Shown one piece after another: positions 17,126-27,016 of a stretch of 64,000 nucleotides of DNA. Below the pieces are notes generated by a model, which saw only the letters and a program-made list of their open reading frames with translations, did not search any database and was not told where the DNA came from. How positions within the stretch are numbered: the first letter of the stretch is position 1; every line of letters begins with the position of its first letter. Source of the stretch: Chromatiales bacterium (GTDB lineage Bacteria; Pseudomonadota; Gammaproteobacteria; Xanthomonadales; SZUA-36); contig JAHEFS010000002.1 of the NCBI GenBank assembly GCA_024640045.1, positions 20,040-84,039 on the forward strand, written 5' to 3'. The position numbers and the translations under genes are program-made.

Positions 17126-18393
17126 TCCCGCAAGGCCTCGTAGTGGCGGCCAAGCCGCCATGCACCCACGCCCCAGATCATCAGAACCGGCAGGTACAGC
17201 CACGCAATGGCGCCAACGGACAAGCCCATGCTCATGAGCCCTTTGAACAACCAACTGGCGCTGACGTCACTGCCTCGGTAAACCACCGTGTCGATGAAGT
17301 TCTTGCTCTTGTACTTGCTTTCACGATCGACCACCGTGAACAACATTTCCTTGACCGGCCCCAACAACCCGTAATTCAACGAGCGTTGCGCCACCTGGAC
17401 CGCAGCGAAAAGAACCAACCCGAGAGTACTGCCCAGGATAACGAAGCCCCCTGCCAGCAGCACCGGGGGCAGAATCACGGTCTTCGGCATTCCCAGGGAA
17501 ATCACGAGCCGCGAAGTAATGAAGAACTGAAACGTAAACGCCAAGACCTGCACCACCAGGTCGACATAGCTGAAAAATCCGGTCCGCTGGTCAAAGCCGC
17601 TGATGTTCTGGTCGACCAGCACGGCAAGGCCGTTGTACAAAAAGGTGGCGGTCATGTTATGCGTGAGCATCAGCAGGCAGATCAACAGCAGGTAACGCGA
17701 GCGGAATACGTGGACCGCACCCTCCAGGATCTTGCCGCCAATGACCGGTGCGGGCGGACCCTGCCGATCGTGCCTTACTCGCCGCCCCAGCAAGACGGCC
17801 ATCAGTGTGGCAACCAGCAGACAAGCCATGGCAATGCTCATCACACCGCGTGCGCCCACCGTATCGACGAACTGCGCCGTGACCAGGGGGCCGGTTATGG
17901 CCCCCAGGCTACCGCCGGCCATGATGCTACCGAACAGGCGCTGGGCCTGGCCGGGCCGGAAAATATCCGCCATGAAGCTCCAGAAAATGGACACCACGAA
18001 CAGGTTGAAAACACTGAGCCAGACGTAAAACGACCGTTGAATCCAGATGCCCGTCTGGTCACCTTCGAACATCAGCACGAAATACAGCAGGTTACTGATA
18101 AAAAACAGGTAAATTCCGGGGATGAAGCGATTGCGACGAAAACGCGCGACCAGGAATCCGAACACGGGAACCAGCAGCAACATGCACAAGAAGGTTGCTG
18201 TGTATAACCAGTGCAATATTTCGCTGTTGTTGGCGGCCACCGCTCCGCGAATTGGCCGCAACATGAAATAACCGCCCAGCAGGAAGAAAAAATAGGTGAA
18301 TGACAGCGCGAACTGCGGCCATTCTCCATGGCGGATCTTCAACAGCCGCTCGAACGCACCCCCCGATAAGATGGAAGTCGCCGAGTCAGTCAT
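17095..18393 (-). CDS. Membrane transporter, MFS-like / TLC (ATP:ADP antiporter, Npt1/Npt2)-like family
   Basis: 432 aa with about 12 hydrophobic segments. The N-terminal region (FALSFTYFFFLLGGYFMLRPIRGAVA...) resembles the conserved start of TLC-family carriers, from memory of that family. The assignment is tentative. Confidence 0.65.
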   Translation of the reverse strand: MTDSATSILSGGAFERLLKIRHGEWPQFALSFTYFFFLLGGYFMLRPIRGAVAANNSEILHWLYTATFLCMLLLVPVFGFLVARFRRNRFIPGIYLFFISNLLYFVLMFEGDQTGIWIQRSFYVWLSVFNLFVVSIFWSFMADIFRPGQAQRLFGSIMAGGSLGAITGPLVTAQFVDTVGARGVMSIAMACLLVATLMAVLLGRRVRHDRQGPPAPVIGGKILEGAVHVFRSRYLLLICLLMLTHNMTATFLYNGLAVLVDQNISGFDQRTGFFSYVDLVVQVLAFTFQFFITSRLVISLGMPKTVILPPVLLAGGFVILGSTLGLVLFAAVQVAQRSLNYGLLGPVKEMLFTVVDRESKYKSKNFIDTVVYRGSDVSASWLFKGLMSMGLSVGAIAWLYLPVLMIWGVGAWRLGRHYEALRDQLEDFSKDG

Positions 18394-18434
18394 GACTTTG
18401 AAACGCGCGCGTATTCACCAGCGCTGAGATGAAC

Positions 18435-19484
18435 CTAACCTCCCGCCACACTGACTGTCTGGCCCGGCTGCAGGCGTTCATTACCCCTGACCACGACACG
18501 ATTGCCAGGCGCGATATCACCCAATACTTCGATATATTCGCCCGAGCCAATACCCGTGCTCACAGACACCTGTCGCACTGAATTGTCCGGATCAACCACG
18601 AACACCGAGATTCCCTCCGGGCGCAACACCAGGGCATCCCGGTGCACCACCAGCGCCTCTTTGGCATCGGAAATCGGCACCGCCGCTCGCAATGTCTGGC
18701 CGACCGGGAAGATTCCCGGCTCGAGGTCAAGTCGAAGTTCGAACTGGTGGGTGTTTTCATCACCAACCGCGACCACGGTGCGGACGGTCCCCGGTACCGC
18801 GAGGCCCGTCGCACTCAGTTGAATCACCATACCGGGCTTGACGAACCGGTAGTACTCAAGCGGCGCGCGAGCGATCACTTCCAGGTTCTGCTGATCGACC
18901 AGGCGCACAACGTTGCTGCCCTCGGTGACATGCTCGCCCGGCATCAGGACCCGTTCTACCACCATGCCTGCGAACGGTGCGCGGATTCGGGTCCGCGCCA
19001 ACTGGTTTTCATTCTGGGCCAAGCGTGATTCAGCCACCATCAGATCACCCGCGGCGACCTCGCGATCGGCCCGTGTCTGTTCCATCTGGGTGGCTGCGGC
19101 CAGGTTGTTCGCCGCCAACCGGGCGAAGCGGCGTTCTTCCTTCTCCAGGAACTGCAGGCGCGCCTTGACCCTGGAAACCTCGGCCAGCAGTTCATCGTGG
19201 CGCAGGCGAAGCATGGTGTCCTCGATCTGCGCGACAGGCTCATCCCGGCCGACCTCACTGCCCACATCCAGCACGGAAATCAGGCGGCCCTGCACTTCGG
19301 CGGCCAGCCTGGCATCGTTGCGGCTGACGACCGTTCCCGCTACCAGTGTCGTGGCGCTCATGGTGCGCACTTCGGCGATACCCACCCGAACCGGGGGTGC
19401 GCCTCCGAACTGGGCCAGGGCAGGAGCGGCTCCGGCGATGAACGCCAGGAGCAGGATGATTCGTTCAATCCGTTTCAATCGCAT
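18435..19484 (-). CDS. Efflux RND transporter periplasmic adaptor (MFP/HlyD_D23 family)
   Basis: The ATG at 19484 gives a signal peptide MRLKRIERIILLLAFIAGAAPALA. It has a coiled-coil hairpin region and beta-barrel domains typical of MFPs (IRAPFAGMVVER). Confidence 0.85.
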   Translation of the reverse strand: MRLKRIERIILLLAFIAGAAPALAQFGGAPPVRVGIAEVRTMSATTLVAGTVVSRNDARLAAEVQGRLISVLDVGSEVGRDEPVAQIEDTMLRLRHDELLAEVSRVKARLQFLEKEERRFARLAANNLAAATQMEQTRADREVAAGDLMVAESRLAQNENQLARTRIRAPFAGMVVERVLMPGEHVTEGSNVVRLVDQQNLEVIARAPLEYYRFVKPGMVIQLSATGLAVPGTVRTVVAVGDENTHQFELRLDLEPGIFPVGQTLRAAVPISDAKEALVVHRDALVLRPEGISVFVVDPDNSVRQVSVSTGIGSGEYIEVLGDIAPGNRVVVRGNERLQPGQTVSVAGG

Positions 19485-19494
19485 GGTCGAATTC

Positions 19495-22400
19495 TCAGGC
19501 TGATCCGGTGTGCAACACGGCAGAAGTCGCACTTTCTTCTTCTCTCATCCGCAGGAGGCTGGGCAAAAGCACCAGGGTAAATAGCGCGCTGGTCAGCATC
19601 CCACCTACAATTACCGCCGCCATACCACGGTACAACTCCGTCCCGGAACCGGGCATCAACATCAAGGGCAGCATGCCGAAAATACTGGTGGTGGTGCTCA
19701 TCAGGATAGGCCGCAGGCGCAGGCGAACGGCACTTTCCACAGCATCACGGCGACTCATTCCCTCCCGTTCTGCATCACGGGCACGGTAGACCAGCAAGAT
19801 AGCGTTGTTGACGACCAACCCCAACAGGATCACGAAGCCAATCATGGTCAACAGGTCCATCTGCTGACCGCCACTGCTCGCCAGCACGAGATCCATCGTC
19901 CTCAGTGACAGGATGCCGCCAACGGTCGCCATGGGGATGGTGAGTACGACCAGCAGGGAGTCCTTGAAAGAGCGGAAGAGCGCGGAAATCAGCAGGTAGA
20001 GAATCACGATGGCCAGCGTAAAACTGCCGGACATGCTCTTGAGCGCATCATCCAACGCCTCTGCCGTACCCCTCAATCGTATTGATCCATCCTCGGGCAG
20101 CAGGCGCTGAACCTGGGGCAACACCTCGGACTCTACCACCGCCAGCGCCTCTTCGATGGCCATGCTCGGCGGCGGTGTGATCTGCAAGGTCAGCGTCCGG
20201 CGCCGATCCACCCGCATGATCTGGGAGGGTCCGGCTGTGCGCACCAGTTGCGTAAGTTCCCCGATGGTCTGGATTTCACCGCTGGGCGTCGCCACGGGAA
20301 TGGAGGCCAGTTCCTCGGGCGTGTTCCACTGCTCAGCGCGCATGATCACGTTGTAGCGACGGCTGCCGTCAAAATATTCACCCAGGAAAGCGCCGTCGCC
20401 TATCGCGCGAACAATCATCGCCATGCGGGCGCGATTCCAACCTACCTCGGCGATCCGGCGATCATCCGGCACCAAGCGCAACTCCGGCTCCGCCAGTTCC
20501 AGACCAGGAATGGGCCGGACATTGGCCTCGGGCAGTGCCTGCATGACGGCGAAGAAACCTGCACGGCCCGCAGACAACAATGATTCGAAAGATTCTGCCT
20601 GCATGTCCAGGTTAATCTGGCGGCCACCGCGCGCACCCTCGAAAATCGGTGCCCTGCTGGCAAACCCGAACGTATCGGGGAAGCCCGCGAGTATCTCCGT
20701 GTTGAAAGTTTGCAGCAGTTCGTCCACCTGCCCGGCATCCGCAGCGCGGCCACCGATGAATGCACCAAAAGCCGGCGACATGCCCATGTAGTAGGAAGTC
20801 ATCTGCAGTGGGTGTTCGCCATTGATGTGAGGTTTCAGGCGCTGATCAATCACATCCATGATCTCGCGCTCAGCGGTATCCACACCCAGACCTGGTGGTG
20901 CCACCAGGAAGCCCGAAATCCAGTTCTGACGGCCCTCTGGCAGATAATCGGCTGCAGGCCGTAACGCCAGTACAAGCAATACGGGCAACGTCGTGAGGAC
21001 CAGTACAAAAGTCCAGCGACGGGCGGAAGTGTCGGTCCAGGTCATGATATGCCGCGTGGTCCAACGCCACCATTCGCGATGCAGATCCTCGATGGCCTGC
21101 CCCTTGATCAGGTTCGATGCCGCCGTAGGCAGCATGGTGGTGGCGATCAACAGAGACGCTACCACCGCAGCGGAAATGGTCAACGCGAGGTCAGCGAACA
21201 ACTGGCCCGCCTCGTCCTCGAGAAACACCACCGGCATGAAAATCGCGACAGTCGTGGCCGTGGAAGCCAACAGCGCTCCCCACACCTGCATGGTGCCACG
21301 CTCGGAGGCTGCGTCACCCTCGAGGCCGACTTCACGCTGACGAAAAATATTCTCCAGCACCACGATGGCCCCATCGAGCACCATCCCTGTGGCGAAGGCC
21401 AGGCCGGCCATGGATATGATGTTGAGCGTTCGACCCGCCACGTTCATGACGATAAACGCCATGAACAGGCAAAGCGGGATGGCCAATGCCACCACCAGGG
21501 TGGCCCGGAACTTGCGCAGGAACCACCACAGCACCACCACCGCAAGCGTCATACCCAGGAGCAGGTTGTTCCTGACCATACCAATAGAGGCATTGATGTA
21601 GTCGGACTGATCAAAATTCTGAGTCATGACCAATCCGGCCCGGGCCAGTTCGTTGGCCTGCAAGTCGGCGACCGTGGCGCGAACCGCGGTCATTACGTCC
21701 AGGATATTCACCCCGGATTCCGGGGAAATCACGAGACCGATGGCGGGTCCGCCGTTCAGGTGTAGCTTGGTGTTGGCATCGGTCATTACCATTTCGATGC
21801 GGGCAATATCGCGCAGGCGAATCGGTCTGCCTTCGCGCCACTCCAACACCAGGTCGCCCAGCGACTGAATTTCGTACTTGCCACTGAAACGCAAGGTATA
21901 TTGGCGACGACCGACCTCGTTGTTGCCGCCCGAGACGTCCGCATTGGCGCCCAACTCGCCACTGATGCTGGTGAGATCGAGCCCAATTCCAGCCGCTTTA
22001 TAGGGATCGAAGGTGATTCGGACTTCGTGCGGCTGGCCGCCAAAGGTACCTACCCACGAGACCCCGGGCACGCGCTCCAGCCGAGTCACGAGCTTGTCAT
22101 CGATAAAGTCCTGGTAGGACTCGATGGGTCGCGGGTTTCCTTCCACCTTGGAAATGGCGAACCAGCCGATGGCGCGATCGAATTCGTTGCCACCCACGCG
22201 AATCGCGGGCTCATCCGCATCGACCGGGTAGCGTGGCACCTGGTTAAGCCGGTTCATCACCTCGATCAGGGAGCGGGTCATGTCCGTGCCAATGGCAAAT
22301 TCCAGCGAAATCGAAGCGCTGCCGTAATTGGCGTTGGATGTCATCCGCAGCAGGCTGGGTGTGCTGCGCAGAACAGTCTCCTGCAACTCGATGATTTCAG

Positions 22401-22581
22401 ACTCAATCTCATTCGGAGCGGAAGCGCGCCAGCGAGTGGTAATCAGCATGGTGGGCCGGCTGATTTCCGGCGTCATCTCGATGGGTAGCCGGGTCATGCT
22501 GATGACGCCAAAAATGACCACCAGAATGCCCGCCACGATGACCGCAACGGGGTTGCCCAATGAAATGCGTGTGAGGGTCAC
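19495..22581 (-). CDS. Efflux RND transporter permease (AcrB/AcrD/AcrF family)
   Basis: 1028 aa with a GTG start. It has the 12-TM RND architecture with two large periplasmic loops. The N-terminus MTLTRISLGNPVAVIVAGILVVIFG is typical. Confidence 0.9.
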   Translation of the reverse strand: MTLTRISLGNPVAVIVAGILVVIFGVISMTRLPIEMTPEISRPTMLITTRWRASAPNEIESEIIELQETVLRSTPSLLRMTSNANYGSASISLEFAIGTDMTRSLIEVMNRLNQVPRYPVDADEPAIRVGGNEFDRAIGWFAISKVEGNPRPIESYQDFIDDKLVTRLERVPGVSWVGTFGGQPHEVRITFDPYKAAGIGLDLTSISGELGANADVSGGNNEVGRRQYTLRFSGKYEIQSLGDLVLEWREGRPIRLRDIARIEMVMTDANTKLHLNGGPAIGLVISPESGVNILDVMTAVRATVADLQANELARAGLVMTQNFDQSDYINASIGMVRNNLLLGMTLAVVVLWWFLRKFRATLVVALAIPLCLFMAFIVMNVAGRTLNIISMAGLAFATGMVLDGAIVVLENIFRQREVGLEGDAASERGTMQVWGALLASTATTVAIFMPVVFLEDEAGQLFADLALTISAAVVASLLIATTMLPTAASNLIKGQAIEDLHREWWRWTTRHIMTWTDTSARRWTFVLVLTTLPVLLVLALRPAADYLPEGRQNWISGFLVAPPGLGVDTAEREIMDVIDQRLKPHINGEHPLQMTSYYMGMSPAFGAFIGGRAADAGQVDELLQTFNTEILAGFPDTFGFASRAPIFEGARGGRQINLDMQAESFESLLSAGRAGFFAVMQALPEANVRPIPGLELAEPELRLVPDDRRIAEVGWNRARMAMIVRAIGDGAFLGEYFDGSRRYNVIMRAEQWNTPEELASIPVATPSGEIQTIGELTQLVRTAGPSQIMRVDRRRTLTLQITPPPSMAIEEALAVVESEVLPQVQRLLPEDGSIRLRGTAEALDDALKSMSGSFTLAIVILYLLISALFRSFKDSLLVVLTIPMATVGGILSLRTMDLVLASSGGQQMDLLTMIGFVILLGLVVNNAILLVYRARDAEREGMSRRDAVESAVRLRLRPILMSTTTSIFGMLPLMLMPGSGTELYRGMAAVIVGGMLTSALFTLVLLPSLLRMREEESATSAVLHTGSA

Positions 22582-22746
22582 GACCCAGCAATGCTCTCTC
22601 TACCCTGATCGGGTCACTATAGCGACTCTATGACAGGACACAAGTCATTCTGGCCCGGCTGAACAGGCATGACGGCAAACCTGATCTGGGTCCTTGTAAC
22701 CACGGCTGTATTGACTATTATGCGATTTCCAAACTGTGGACACGGC

Positions 22747-24315
22747 ATGGATTACGACTACATCGTGGTAGGCGCGGGTTCCGCGGGCAGTGTCATGGCG
22801 GCACGACTCAGCGAGAACCGCTCAAACAGGGTTTTGTTACTCGAAGCGGGCGGTTCCGACTGGCATCCTTTTATTCACATGCCGGCCGGCCTGGCCAAAC
22901 TGGTGTCGCTCGAGCGCATCAACTGGAGTTATTCGACCGAACCAGAGCCTGAGCTCGATAACCGCCGCCTGTATTGGCCTCGGGGCAAGGTGCTTGGCGG
23001 GTCGAGTTCAATCAATGCCATGTGTTATTGCCGTGGACACCGCAAGGACTACGACGATTGGGCGGAAGATGGCTGCACGGGCTGGGATTTCGACCATGTC
23101 CTGCCATGGTTCAAGAAGTCCGAAGACCAGGGCAGGGGGCCTTCCGAGTACCACGGTGCTGCCGGCCCCCTCAAGGTCCAGGATCTGCGCTACCACAACC
23201 CTCTCAGCGATGTATTCATCGAGGCGGCCCAACAGGCGGGTCACTCCCCGACCGACGATTTCAACGGCGCACACCAGCGGGGCTTTGGCTTCTACCAGGT
23301 AACCCAGAACAACGGGCGCAGATGCAGCACCGCCACCGGGTTTCTGAACCCCGCGAAAGAACGTGAGAATCTGACCGTTATCACCCACGCGCTGGCGGAA
23401 CAGATTCTGTTCTCAGGTTTGCGGGCGACCGGCGTTCGGGCGCGTGTCAAGGGCCGGACTCGGGAGTTCCGGGGCGGCGAAGTTCTGCTGTGTGGTGGCG
23501 CCCTGAACAGCCCGCAGCTACTAATGCTTTCGGGCATCGGCCCCGCGGATCACCTGCGTGAAACCGGCATCGATGTGCGACTGGACCTGCCAGGAGTTGG
23601 GCGGAATCTTCAGGACCATCTCGATGTCTGCACGCTGGTACGCTGCCGCCAGCCTATCACCTACGACAAACTGTTCGAGCCCTTGGTCGGAATTCGTTAC
23701 CTGCTTACGCGGGGCGGCCCGGGCAGTTCGAACATCGCCGAGGCAGGTGGCTTTATCGTTAGCCGTCATGCGGAAGACGACCGCCCTGATATCCAGATGC
23801 ACTTCGTGCCAGCCCTGCTGGATGATCACGGCCGCAACCGGCTTGAAGGGCACGGCATGACCATTCACGCCTGCAACCTGCGACCTACCAGCCGCGGGTA
23901 CCTGACCCTGGCTTCCGCTGACCCGGCTGCCGCACCCCTCATGTACGCCAATTACCTGACCACGGAGTACGATCGTACGATGATGATCGAATGCGCGCGT
24001 CAGGCACGTCTGATATTCGGGCAAGAGGCATTCGCCCCCTTCAGGGGTGAGGAAATTCATCCCGGATCGGACGTCACAACCGACGAAGACATAATGGCGT
24101 TCGTTCGCCGCAAGGCAGAATCGATCTATCACCCCGTCGGTACCTGCACCATGGGCCAGGGATCCGAAGCGGTGGTGAACGAAGCGCTTCAGGTCTATGG
24201 AACGGAGGCCTTGCGCGTGGTCGATGCTTCGGTCATGCCCAGCCTCGTCTCAGGCAACACCAACGCGCCGACCATCATGATCGCCGAGAAATGCGCCGCT
24301 GAAATGACCCGGTGA
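22747..24315 (+). CDS. GMC-family FAD oxidoreductase, choline-dehydrogenase-like
   Basis: MDYDYIVVGAGSAGSVMAARLSE...LLLEAGG (Rossmann motif), GKVLGGSSSINAM, and the C-terminal HPVGTCTMG...VVDASVMP. It is collinear with E. coli BetA, but no betB or betI is nearby, so the substrate is open. Confidence 0.85.
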   Translation: MDYDYIVVGAGSAGSVMAARLSENRSNRVLLLEAGGSDWHPFIHMPAGLAKLVSLERINWSYSTEPEPELDNRRLYWPRGKVLGGSSSINAMCYCRGHRKDYDDWAEDGCTGWDFDHVLPWFKKSEDQGRGPSEYHGAAGPLKVQDLRYHNPLSDVFIEAAQQAGHSPTDDFNGAHQRGFGFYQVTQNNGRRCSTATGFLNPAKERENLTVITHALAEQILFSGLRATGVRARVKGRTREFRGGEVLLCGGALNSPQLLMLSGIGPADHLRETGIDVRLDLPGVGRNLQDHLDVCTLVRCRQPITYDKLFEPLVGIRYLLTRGGPGSSNIAEAGGFIVSRHAEDDRPDIQMHFVPALLDDHGRNRLEGHGMTIHACNLRPTSRGYLTLASADPAAAPLMYANYLTTEYDRTMMIECARQARLIFGQEAFAPFRGEEIHPGSDVTTDEDIMAFVRRKAESIYHPVGTCTMGQGSEAVVNEALQVYGTEALRVVDASVMPSLVSGNTNAPTIMIAEKCAAEMTR

Positions 24316-24317
24316 CC

Positions 24318-26249
24318 TTAACCCGTCTTCAGATTCGGGAGGGCTTGCTGCACCAGGGGCACCGGGACATGCAGGACCGCGCAAACGACACGCATCAACT
24401 CCAGTTCCGCTGCCGACACCGTCTGGTCCATCGTAGCGGTTTCGATCATGGCCTCGACCAGTGACTGGCGCCCTTCCGGTTTGAGGGAATCCAATCGGCG
24501 CAGAGCGGCGTCCAGTGCAGCAACCCAGTCATCCGGCAAATCAGGTGGACCCACCTCGACGCGGCCGAGCTTCGCCAAACCTGAACGATAAGCCCGTTCA
24601 ATCGCCGCGTTGTCATCATGTCCATGCATGGCCAACACCGCCAGCACGGTGGCTGCCTCGTCTTCCAGGCTCGCCAGATCCCCGCGGCCACTTCTGGCAG
24701 CACGCCTGGGATTGGCAGCTTCCCACAGGTACTGGCCAATAAGACGCGCGACCAGGTATTCGAATACATCGATTTCACCGTCCAGGCGGATCAGCAGATC
24801 AATGGACTTGAGCAGTCGCGAGTGCTCCACGGGGCTGCGCTGCTTGATCACCGGCAGGGCCAGTTCCAGCAGGGGCAATCGCTGCTCTGGATGCAGCCCC
24901 GAGGAAACCTCCAGTAACCGGCGCACCCGCGCCTCGCTCTCGCCGCCCAGTTGCTCAGCGATGATGAGCAACTGTTGCTCCCGGTTTTCAGGGTTGCCAT
25001 CGAGCAAGCACATCAGCAACAGTTCCATGGCCCAGTCCGGTGAGCGCGCAGCGCGGCTGACCGGATCGGGAAGCGAAGCAACGATGGCGGCCGCCAGCAT
25101 CATTCGATCCCAACCCGGATTGCCGATTTCCTGGACGATTCCGGCCGCGTCGAAGCCCGATTGCCTGGACTCTCGGGCTTTGGACTCAGCCCGCTCAGCA
25201 CGTTGTCTTTCGCGTTCGTCTTGCTCCCGAACACGCTGGCCAAAGTCCACCAACTCCGCACGGGAAAACGATGGATCGATGCGCTGAATACGCGCCATCA
25301 GGGGCGGATGCGTGGCGAACAGGTTCATTTTCTGGCCTGCACCGAACAGCATGTGCCCAACCTCCTCCGCATCAGCCACCAGGTAAGAACCCTCGCCATA
25401 CACGGCAATTTTCTTGAGCGCGCCCCCGATACTTTCCGGATCCCGCGTGAACTGCACCGCGGATGCATCTGCCAGGTACTCGCGCTGCCGGGAGACAGCG
25501 GACTTGATCCAGCGGCCGAAAAACAAGCCAATGTAGCCAACCAGCATCAGGGCAAAGGCAATTAACAGAACCGCACCCGCACCTTTGTTCCTGCCGCTGC
25601 CGACGTGACGGGTATGTAAGAGTACGCGACGCCCGATGACCGCCAATACGAGGATGCCGAACAGCGCCCCCATGAGGCGAATATTGATGCGCATATCGCC
25701 ATTGAATATATGACTGAACTCATGGGCAATGACGCCTTGCAGTTCGTTACGGCTGAGTTTCTCCAGCGCGCCCCGGGTCACCGCGATTGCTGCATCGGCG
25801 ACGGTGAACCCGGCAGCGAAAGCATTAATGCCCTGTTCCTGCTCCAGCACATAGATTTCCGGGACCGGCACACCTGAAGCGAGCGCGATCTCTTCCACCA
25901 CGTTGCGCAAACGCCGGTGCATGGGGTCCTGCGACTCGGCCAGGATGGGGGTTCCGCCAAGCTCTCGGGCCACCTGGCCGCCACCCGACTTCAACCTGAT
26001 GATGCGAACCAGGCTGGCAACACCGATCACTGCCAACGTGGCGATGCTGGCGCCCATCAGGAGACGGGCGTTGGCCGTTACGGCCTGTCGGGCAGAAAAT
26101 GGCAGCCCTTCCTGAGCCTCGCTGGCACCGAGGCCAATCAGTACAGCCAGGTCAATGGCAAGGACAATGGCGATGACCGCCAACACGAACAGGAACAGCA
26201 GCCAGCGTGTTTGCCGGCGCGCCTGTTCCTGCTGTTCAAAAAAGTTCAC
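24318..26249 (-). CDS. M48-family (HtpX-like) membrane zinc metalloprotease with ~300-aa C-terminal helical extension
   Basis: GTG start with GGAGAG SD. It has TM segments flanking HEFSHIFNGD (HExxH) and a distal REYLADASAV Glu ligand. The C-terminal half is soluble, helical and charged. Confidence 0.8.
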   Translation of the reverse strand: MNFFEQQEQARRQTRWLLFLFVLAVIAIVLAIDLAVLIGLGASEAQEGLPFSARQAVTANARLLMGASIATLAVIGVASLVRIIRLKSGGGQVARELGGTPILAESQDPMHRRLRNVVEEIALASGVPVPEIYVLEQEQGINAFAAGFTVADAAIAVTRGALEKLSRNELQGVIAHEFSHIFNGDMRINIRLMGALFGILVLAVIGRRVLLHTRHVGSGRNKGAGAVLLIAFALMLVGYIGLFFGRWIKSAVSRQREYLADASAVQFTRDPESIGGALKKIAVYGEGSYLVADAEEVGHMLFGAGQKMNLFATHPPLMARIQRIDPSFSRAELVDFGQRVREQDERERQRAERAESKARESRQSGFDAAGIVQEIGNPGWDRMMLAAAIVASLPDPVSRAARSPDWAMELLLMCLLDGNPENREQQLLIIAEQLGGESEARVRRLLEVSSGLHPEQRLPLLELALPVIKQRSPVEHSRLLKSIDLLIRLDGEIDVFEYLVARLIGQYLWEAANPRRAARSGRGDLASLEDEAATVLAVLAMHGHDDNAAIERAYRSGLAKLGRVEVGPPDLPDDWVAALDAALRRLDSLKPEGRQSLVEAMIETATMDQTVSAAELELMRVVCAVLHVPVPLVQQALPNLKTG

Positions 26250-26310
26250 GTGGCTCTCTCCGCCCGCTTAGCCGCACGCGGGCAGGCGGATTCCTGAACC
26301 CAGCCCGGTC

Positions 26311-26892
26311 TCAGAATGAAACCTGGGGCACTTCGCGTTTGGCTTCATCCTCGATTTCGAGCAGTTCCGCCGGGCCAAAACTGAACCAGCCGGCAAACAG
26401 GTTGTTCGGAAATGACTCACGCAGGGTGTTGTACTGCATGACGGAATCGTTATATGCCTGACGCGCAAAGGCGACCTTGTTCTCGGTGGTCGTCAGTTCT
26501 TCCGACAACTGCATCATGTTCTCGTTGGCCTTGAGATCCGGGTAGGATTCAGACAGGGCAAACAGCCTCCCCAATGCTCCGGACAAACCCTGCTCGGCTT
26601 CCGCCAGCGCTTTCATGGCCGTCGGATCGGAGGGATCTTTCGCCGCGTTCTTCAGCCCGGCCACGGCTGTGTTGCGGGCGTTAATGACGGCTTCCAGCGT
26701 ATTCCGCTCGTGAGCCATATAGCCCTTGGCGGTCTCCACCAGGTTGGGAATCAGATCATGACGCCGTGTCAACTGGACATCGATCTGGGCAAACGCGTTT
26801 TTGAACTGATTCCGGCCCGCGACCAACCGGTTGTAAATGGAAATCGCAAAGAATACGACCCCAGCGATCAACGCCAACAGGAACCAACCCAT
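26311..26892 (-). CDS. lemA: LemA family protein
   Basis: ATG at 26892 with GGGAGG 7 nt upstream; the track begins 2 codons earlier at TTG. One N-terminal TM, then the LemA signature (SIYNRLV...RNQFKNAFAQIDVQLTRRHDLIPNLVETAKGY). Confidence 0.9.
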   Translation of the reverse strand: MGWFLLALIAGVVFFAISIYNRLVAGRNQFKNAFAQIDVQLTRRHDLIPNLVETAKGYMAHERNTLEAVINARNTAVAGLKNAAKDPSDPTAMKALAEAEQGLSGALGRLFALSESYPDLKANENMMQLSEELTTTENKVAFARQAYNDSVMQYNTLRESFPNNLFAGWFSFGPAELLEIEDEAKREVPQVSF

Positions 26893-27016
26893 GATCAACC
26901 TCCCGTTACTTCAAAGTCCATTGCCCGGATTCTAGCAAACCCCGTGCATCGCCGACCGTGCCTCAAGTCATCGTTAACAGCCCACCGCAGATGGCGGGCA
27001 AAACCGGTCAGCCCAC

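Noticed and set aside
16160-17254. 364-aa minus-strand ORF spanning the ABC permease and ATPase genes
   Set aside because: It lies antisense to two genes with unmistakable ABC motifs. Its composition (Arg/Gly/Ala/Pro-rich) is typical of off-frame GC-rich translation.
17053-18207. 384-aa plus-strand ORF rich in His/Gln/Arg, opposite the TLC-like transporter gene
   Set aside because: It is an antisense shadow ORF of a GC-rich gene. It has no SD and a low-complexity composition, and the opposite strand encodes a coherent 12-TM protein.
22669-22746. Possible N-terminal membrane anchor (MTANLIWVLVTTAVLTIM...) on the GMC oxidoreductase
   Set aside because: GMC enzymes normally begin a few residues before the GxGxxG Rossmann motif. 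The ATG at 22747 does exactly that, and the upstream ATG has no better SD. It is kept only as an alternative start.
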